Shown here in pieces: positions 59,339 to 64,000 of a stretch of DNA of 64,000 nt. Within the stretch, counting starts at the first letter, position 1, and the number at the start of each line of letters is the position of its first letter. The DNA lies in NCBI GenBank assembly GCA_024403135.1, contig JAKSSK010000001.1:830-64829 (forward strand), in the 5' to 3' direction. The stretch comes from Clostridia bacterium. Lineage in GTDB: Bacteria; Bacillota; Clostridia; Peptostreptococcales; Anaerovoracaceae. The notes below the pieces were generated by a model. It saw only the letters and a program-made list of their open reading frames with translations, ran no database searches and had not been told where the DNA came from. The position numbers and the translations under genes are program-made.

Positions 59339-59809
59339 CTATTTAAGGCCAGGAAAACCTAGCTGTCTTAGGGCTTCAAACAGTATTATATTTGCAGAGT
59401 TTGCAAGGTTAAATGATCTTAACCTTGTTGACTCAGACATTGGTATTCTAATTGCCGTATCCTGATGTTCATTTATGAAAGGTCTTGGAAGGCCTCTAGT
59501 CTCAGCACCGAAAAGGAACATATCCTCATCCTGGTACTTAAAGTCCGTGTAGCAGTGGCCGCCTTTTGTTGTAGCAAGAAATAGCCTTCTATCTCCGTAC
59601 TTTTCCATAAAGTCATCTAGGCTTTCGTGTACCTCTACCTTAACGTGCTGCCAGTAATCTAATCCTGCCCTCTTTAGGCTCTTATCGTCTATGCTAAAGC
59701 CCAGTGGCTTAACCAGATGAAGCACTGAATCTGTTGCAGCACAGGTTCTAGCAATATTACCTGTGTTAGGTGGAATTTCTGGTTCCACAAATACTACGTG
59801 TAATGCCAT
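59339..59809 (-). CDS. trmL: tRNA (cytidine/uridine34-2'-O)-methyltransferase TrmL (SpoU family)
   Basis: Motifs EPEIPPNTGNIARTC and LNLANSA. Start moved to MALHVV, preceded by a GAGGAGG RBS. Confidence 0.88.
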   Translation of the reverse strand: MALHVVFVEPEIPPNTGNIARTCAATDSVLHLVKPLGFSIDDKSLKRAGLDYWQHVKVEVHESLDDFMEKYGDRRLFLATTKGGHCYTDFKYQDEDMFLFGAETRGLPRPFINEHQDTAIRIPMSESTRLRSFNLANSANIILFEALRQLGFPGLK

Positions 59810-59915
59810 TGTCCAAACCTCCTCTAATATATATATTAATATTTTTTTGTGAAATAATAAAGACAAAATTCTATTTATAATGTATAATTTTCCGTGATAT
59901 TAAAGGGAGAGTGCT

Positions 59916-60872
59916 ATGAAAAAAATTAATATTGGATTGCTTGGCATGGGAAACATAGGAACTGGTACCTACGTTCTACTTGAAAAGAACAAGGATATCA
60001 TCCAAGAAGCAACAGGTTGTCAGGTTGAAATTACAAAGATACTAGATAGAGACACTACTAGAGATAGAGGAATCTACGTGGACCCTAAAAAGTTCGTATC
60101 AGATATCGACGATATTGTCCTAGATGAGGATGTTCAAGTTGTCATCGAGCTTTTAGGCGGAGTAAGCCCTGCAAAGGACTTCATCTATGCTGCCCTACAT
60201 AGCGGCAAACACGTGGTAACAGCTAACAAGGCTGCTGTAGCAGCGGATATGCCTAGACTAGTAAGCGAAGCTAAGGCAAACAACGTAAAGTTCATGTTCG
60301 AAGCTTCAGTAGGCGGCGGCATTCCTGTGCTTAGCGCAATAAATGGTCCCCTTCAAGCTAACCACTTTGAAGAAGTGCTTGGCATAGTAAACGGAACCAC
60401 AAACTATATTCTAACAAAGATGACAGACGAAGGTCTTGAATACGCAGACGTTTTAAAGAAGGCTCAGGAGCTAGGCTTTGCTGAAGCAGATCCTACTGGA
60501 GACGTTGAAGGTCTTGATGCTGCAAATAAGCTTTCAATCCTAATCTACTTGATGTTCGGAAAGTATGTAGCACCTTCTGACATTCCTACCACAGGAATTA
60601 CAAAGGTTACAAAGGAAGACATCAAGGCTGCAAAGGAAAAAGGCGCAGTGATTAAGCTTCTTGCAAAGGCAGACAAGGATACATATTCTGTAGGCCCAGA
60701 GCTGGTAAGCTTAGACCACCCTCTTTCATCGGTTAACAATGAATTCAATGCAATCTATCTTACAGGAGATGCTGTAGGACAGGTTATGCTATACGGTAAG
60801 GGCGCAGGCCCAATGCCTACTGCATCAGCAGTACTTGGAGATGTAATACAAATACTTAAAGGAGAGAAATAA
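59916..60872 (+). CDS. hom: Homoserine dehydrogenase, short form without ACT domain
   Basis: Motifs [27 protein letters not shown] and NGTTNYIL; 318 aa. Confidence 0.88.
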   Translation: MKKINIGLLGMGNIGTGTYVLLEKNKDIIQEATGCQVEITKILDRDTTRDRGIYVDPKKFVSDIDDIVLDEDVQVVIELLGGVSPAKDFIYAALHSGKHVVTANKAAVAADMPRLVSEAKANNVKFMFEASVGGGIPVLSAINGPLQANHFEEVLGIVNGTTNYILTKMTDEGLEYADVLKKAQELGFAEADPTGDVEGLDAANKLSILIYLMFGKYVAPSDIPTTGITKVTKEDIKAAKEKGAVIKLLAKADKDTYSVGPELVSLDHPLSSVNNEFNAIYLTGDAVGQVMLYGKGAGPMPTASAVLGDVIQILKGEK

Positions 60873-61372
60873 TGACTTTATTTAAACAATGGCAAGACCT
60901 TATGGAAAGCCAAACAGAAGAAACTTTTGACGCCTTTTGGAAGGAATACAGCGAAACTGAAACTAAGATCTATACATACATCTTAGAAAACTACAAGGAA
61001 AACTTAACTGGTACCTTCAATGAACTAGTTGAAAAGTTTGATGCTAACCCTGTAATCTTCATGGGATTCTTAGATGGTATTAACTCATCCCTACTTGAAG
61101 AGAACAACCTGGAAAAGGTTAAGAAGGATACTGCACTAGAACTAAAGATCGACTATGAAAAGCTGTTCTTCAACATGCTAGCTGCTAACGCAGATTATCT
61201 TTACACTCTAGAGCAATGGGAAGATGTTCTTTCAAAGGAAAAGAGACTTGAAATCGTTAAGGCATACAAGAAGTCAAAGACAGTAGTTAAGGAAAAGACT
61301 CCTGGAAGAAACGACCCTTGTCCTTGCGGAAGCGGTAAGAAGTACAAGAAGTGCTGCGGTGCCAATAAATAG
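60872..61372 (+). CDS. SEC-C metal-binding motif protein, function unknown
   Basis: C-terminal [19 protein letters not shown]; TAATG overlap with hom. Confidence 0.7.
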   Translation: MTLFKQWQDLMESQTEETFDAFWKEYSETETKIYTYILENYKENLTGTFNELVEKFDANPVIFMGFLDGINSSLLEENNLEKVKKDTALELKIDYEKLFFNMLAANADYLYTLEQWEDVLSKEKRLEIVKAYKKSKTVVKEKTPGRNDPCPCGSGKKYKKCCGANK

Positions 61373-61373
61373 C

Positions 61374-61405
61374 AAAAAGCCCTGATTATTCAGGGCTTAA
61401 TTATT
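61374..61405. terminator. Bidirectional terminator between convergent SEC-C and gatD-like genes
   Basis: AGCCCTGA-TTAT-TCAGGGCT with AAAAA upstream and a T-rich stretch downstream; overlaps the gatD-like stop. Confidence 0.7.
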
Positions 61406-62128
61406 TAGATTTGTTTCCTTACTTAAAGTAAGGTCTTTTTTTGTTTCAAAGGATTGTCTTTCTAGGTGGAAATCTAGTTTAACGTCCCTTCCTCCTAGCA
61501 CCTTCATTATCTCCTTTGTCAGCCAAGGATTTGTAACAAGCATAGGTCCTAGGCAGTTTGTAAATATGCTGTTATTTACCATAAAGCCTTCAGCCTTATC
61601 CACTCCCGTGTTGCCGTAGCCATAGATAATCTTTCCGAAGCTAGCTGCACCATCTGAAATGAAGTCTGCCATCTGAATCTGGCTACATAGCATTTCCATT
61701 TCCTTGCCGTTGTATTGGCAGGTAAAGTAGATGTCGTCTCCATAGACCATGTCCTTTTCTACGGTATTAAACTTAACCAGTCCTAGGCCTTCTAGCCTGG
61801 TTCCGTCGTTTCTAAGGATTTCTCCTCCCCATATTGCCATGGATGTTCCTGTAACAAGAAGCACTTTGCCGCTTTCCATGAAGGCCTTAAGTTCATCCTT
61901 CACTAAAAGAAGCTTATCTACTATTGGCTTAAAGGAAGATATCTCTCCTGGTGGGCAGAAGATTAGGTCATACTCTAAAGGCTTAAATGTGCTCTTAAAG
62001 TCTATCTTTGTAACCTCAGGCTCAAAGCCTGCTAACTTAGCAAACCTTTCTAGAGCAAGGATGTTTCCCCTTTCTCCGTGAAGGTAAAGGGTATCTGGGA
62101 ATAGCCATGCAATCTTAAGTTTACTCAT
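61397..62128 (-). CDS. gatD: GatD-like (CobQ-type amidotransferase-fold) partner of MurT; catalytic Cys/His apparently absent
   Basis: 243 aa, overlapping murT by 8 nt, with conserved framing (ERGNILAL, DGTRLEGLG, YGYGN). The expected nucleophile elbow reads VTGTSMAIWGG and the expected H-G-P reads CLGP. Confidence 0.75.
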   Translation of the reverse strand: MSKLKIAWLFPDTLYLHGERGNILALERFAKLAGFEPEVTKIDFKSTFKPLEYDLIFCPPGEISSFKPIVDKLLLVKDELKAFMESGKVLLVTGTSMAIWGGEILRNDGTRLEGLGLVKFNTVEKDMVYGDDIYFTCQYNGKEMEMLCSQIQMADFISDGAASFGKIIYGYGNTGVDKAEGFMVNNSIFTNCLGPMLVTNPWLTKEIMKVLGGRDVKLDFHLERQSFETKKDLTLSKETNLNN

Positions 62129-63482
62129 CTTCCGTTCCTCCCTTTCTAAGCATATCCTTCATCTTATCCCAGGTGTTAAGCCAAGTGATAAGGTAAATGT
62201 TATCCGTCTTAACCTGGTCTATTTCATCGAATAGGTCCTGTACCTCTTCATTATCTCTGATGTGAATCATATCTTCAGGTACTCCCTCATAGATCAGCCT
62301 GTTTGCAGTGTCGTAGCAAACGTAAGGGCTGAAGCAGTAGTACCTTTCAACTCCAGAATTAACAAGCTCTGAGAAGTCGCAATCAAAGGCATAGAAGGTG
62401 TTGGTGTAGTGCGGAATGATATCTACCAGTGGACATAGTCCTAGGCATACCATCTTCTCTTCCTTGTCCTGAGCCATGATGTTGATGCAGCTCTGAAGGG
62501 TTTCAGGATTTTCCTGCTTAATCCTCATGTACTTTATGGTCTTACCCTTGTAGTCAAGTACCTCGTACCTTCCTCCAATGTTTTCAAAGGAATTAAAGCA
62601 CTTAACAACATCGGATATATTGATGCCTCCAAACTCCTTAGCGATAGCTATTGCAGCCGCATAGTTATATATCATGAAAGGCATGTCGTAAGGCATGTTA
62701 AACTTTACTCCATCTAAGGTAAATGTCTTTTCATCAAAGTCGATGTTTTCAGCTAGATAGTCTACCCTATCGTTACTCCTGTGGCCGCAGTCCTGGCAGA
62801 CGAAGTTACCTACTCCATCGTTGTTGAAGTAGTTAAAGTGAATCTTTCCTCTGCACTTAGGGCAGGCCATGCCTGGAAATGAATCAGGCTTTGTAAATGA
62901 ATCCCTGTGTCTTTCAACTCCGTAGGTTACGATCTCACTTGCCACGTCCTCAAAGGCCTTAGTTCTAGGCTCATCGTTGTTAAGGAAGTATCTAACCTCT
63001 CCATCCAGCTTTCCGTAAAGCTTTCTAAAGATGAAGTCAGGGTCTCCATTTCTCTGTACCTGGTCCTTCTGAAGGTTAGTGATAAGAACGTTCTTTGCAG
63101 GTAGCTGCTTATGGATGATTGGAAGGAATCTTTCATCTGTTTCAAAGATGAAGTAGTCCGCTTTTACCCTACCTGTTAGCGATGCTGCCTTGGATAAGGT
63201 TGTAGCAACTCCGTAGATAAGGTTTGCTCCTTCCAAATTAGATACGACCACCTTGTGGTTTTCCTTAAAGATGTGGGCTATCAGGTTGTTGGTTGTGGAC
63301 TTTCCGTTGGTTCCTGTGATGAATAGCACCTTGTCTGGATTGATTCCCTTAAAGTGCTTAACCATCAGCGGGTCTATCTTCATGGCGTACTGACCAGATA
63401 GATTTGATCCTCTAGACTTATCCACTATATTGATCAGAAAGTTAATTATCTTTGCAAAGTATAGGGCTAAATAAAATCTCAT
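62121..63482 (-). CDS. murT: Lipid II isoglutaminyl synthase ligase subunit MurT
   Basis: Mur-ligase P-loop ITGTNGKSTT, Cys4 ribbon CPKC...CQDCG and a C-terminal DUF1727-like region. Confidence 0.88.
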   Translation of the reverse strand: MRFYLALYFAKIINFLINIVDKSRGSNLSGQYAMKIDPLMVKHFKGINPDKVLFITGTNGKSTTNNLIAHIFKENHKVVVSNLEGANLIYGVATTLSKAASLTGRVKADYFIFETDERFLPIIHKQLPAKNVLITNLQKDQVQRNGDPDFIFRKLYGKLDGEVRYFLNNDEPRTKAFEDVASEIVTYGVERHRDSFTKPDSFPGMACPKCRGKIHFNYFNNDGVGNFVCQDCGHRSNDRVDYLAENIDFDEKTFTLDGVKFNMPYDMPFMIYNYAAAIAIAKEFGGINISDVVKCFNSFENIGGRYEVLDYKGKTIKYMRIKQENPETLQSCINIMAQDKEEKMVCLGLCPLVDIIPHYTNTFYAFDCDFSELVNSGVERYYCFSPYVCYDTANRLIYEGVPEDMIHIRDNEEVQDLFDEIDQVKTDNIYLITWLNTWDKMKDMLRKGGTEDE

Positions 63483-64000
63483 TTGTTCTCCTTTACGTAT
63501 TTACAGTAGCCGTTTATTGGGCAAGTTTCGCACTTTGGCTTTCTAGCATCGCATAGGTTCCTTCCGTGAAAGATCAGGCTGTGATGAGTCCTTGACCACC
63601 TGTCCTCTGGAATATTCTCCATAAGGGATAGCTCAGTCTTTAGTACATCCTTTTCATCCACCAGGCCTATCCTGTTAGAAACTCTAAAGACGTGGGTGTC
63701 CACAGCGATTCTCTCCTTACCAAAGCCTACTGACATTACCACGTTTGCCGTCTTTCTTCCAACTCCTGGAAGGTTTACTAGGCTATCGTAATTTGATGGT
63801 ACATCACCATCAAAGTCCTCCACTAAAGCTAGGGCTAGGTCCTTGATCCTCTTTGCCTTGGTGTGATACATTCCTATGGTCTTTAGGATTTCCTCAATAT
63901 CCTCTATCCTTCCCTTTGAAAGGGAAAGTGCATCTGGATATTTTTTAAAAAGCGCTGGGCTTATCCTGTTTACGCTCTTATCCGTGGTCTGGGCTGAAAG
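63479..64000 (-). CDS. nth: Endonuclease III, partial; N-terminus lies beyond the window end
   Basis: HhH-GPD motif LPGVGRKTANVV, VDTHVFRV and FeS motif CDARKPKCETCPINGYC. The frame stays open upstream of the track's Met (LSAQTTDKSVN...). Confidence 0.9.
   Translation of the reverse strand, partial: LSAQTTDKSVNRISPALFKKYPDALSLSKGRIEDIEEILKTIGMYHTKAKRIKDLALALVEDFDGDVPSNYDSLVNLPGVGRKTANVVMSVGFGKERIAVDTHVFRVSNRIGLVDEKDVLKTELSLMENIPEDRWSRTHHSLIFHGRNLCDARKPKCETCPINGYCKYVKENK

Noticed and set aside
1-64000. Search by eye for CRISPR arrays, tRNA/rRNA genes, IS or transposase genes, integrases, prophage or toxin-antitoxin pairs, and known defence-system hallmarks.
   Set aside because: None found. 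All intergenic gaps are under ~400 nt and are explained by promoters, terminators, one riboswitch and leader regions. Every large ORF has a housekeeping or metabolic assignment. I therefore do not claim a defence or mobile system in this window.

Overview
This is a densely coding, mostly minus-strand housekeeping segment from a low-GC Firmicute, probably a Clostridia/Tissierellia-type anaerobe. That placement rests on PolC, GlpP, MurT/GatD, a 4-subunit 2-oxoacid:ferredoxin oxidoreductase and a membrane pyrophosphatase. Conserved blocks, left to right: nif3-trmK-rpoD-dnaG-dGTPase-dut; the oxidoreductase operon; pepF-nadK-rlu; murE; thiN, a TPP riboswitch and thiT; pnp-rpsO-ribF-truB-nrnA-rbfA-infB-ylxQ-ylxR-nusA-rimP; polC; ispG-rseP-dxr-cdsA-uppS-frr-pyrH; tsf-rpsB; a 7-gene overlapping operon (membrane protein, DJ-1, PHP, glpP, beta-CASP RNase, udk, EamA); hppA; secG; tpiA-pgk-gap-gap; trmL; hom; gatD-murT; nth. 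I saw no rRNA, tRNA, CRISPR array, transposase, integrase, phage or recognisable defence genes, so there is no obvious mobile or defence island. The interesting signals are departures from expected architecture inside core genes. (1) polC lacks the whole proofreading exonuclease domain. (2) The GatD partner of MurT appears to lack its glutaminase Cys/His. (3) A CofE-like ligase, PfkB kinase and PNPOx-fold gene set splits the conserved tsf/pyrH cluster. (4) GlpP is translationally coupled to two RNase-type genes. (5) A YkvI-type permease is fused to an MBL hydrolase and coupled to a very acidic protein. (6) Two tandem, divergent GAPDH paralogs differ at cofactor-determining residues. Several start codons were moved relative to the ORF track, based on RBS position and stop/start overlaps. 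All homology calls come from motif recognition by eye; no searches were run.
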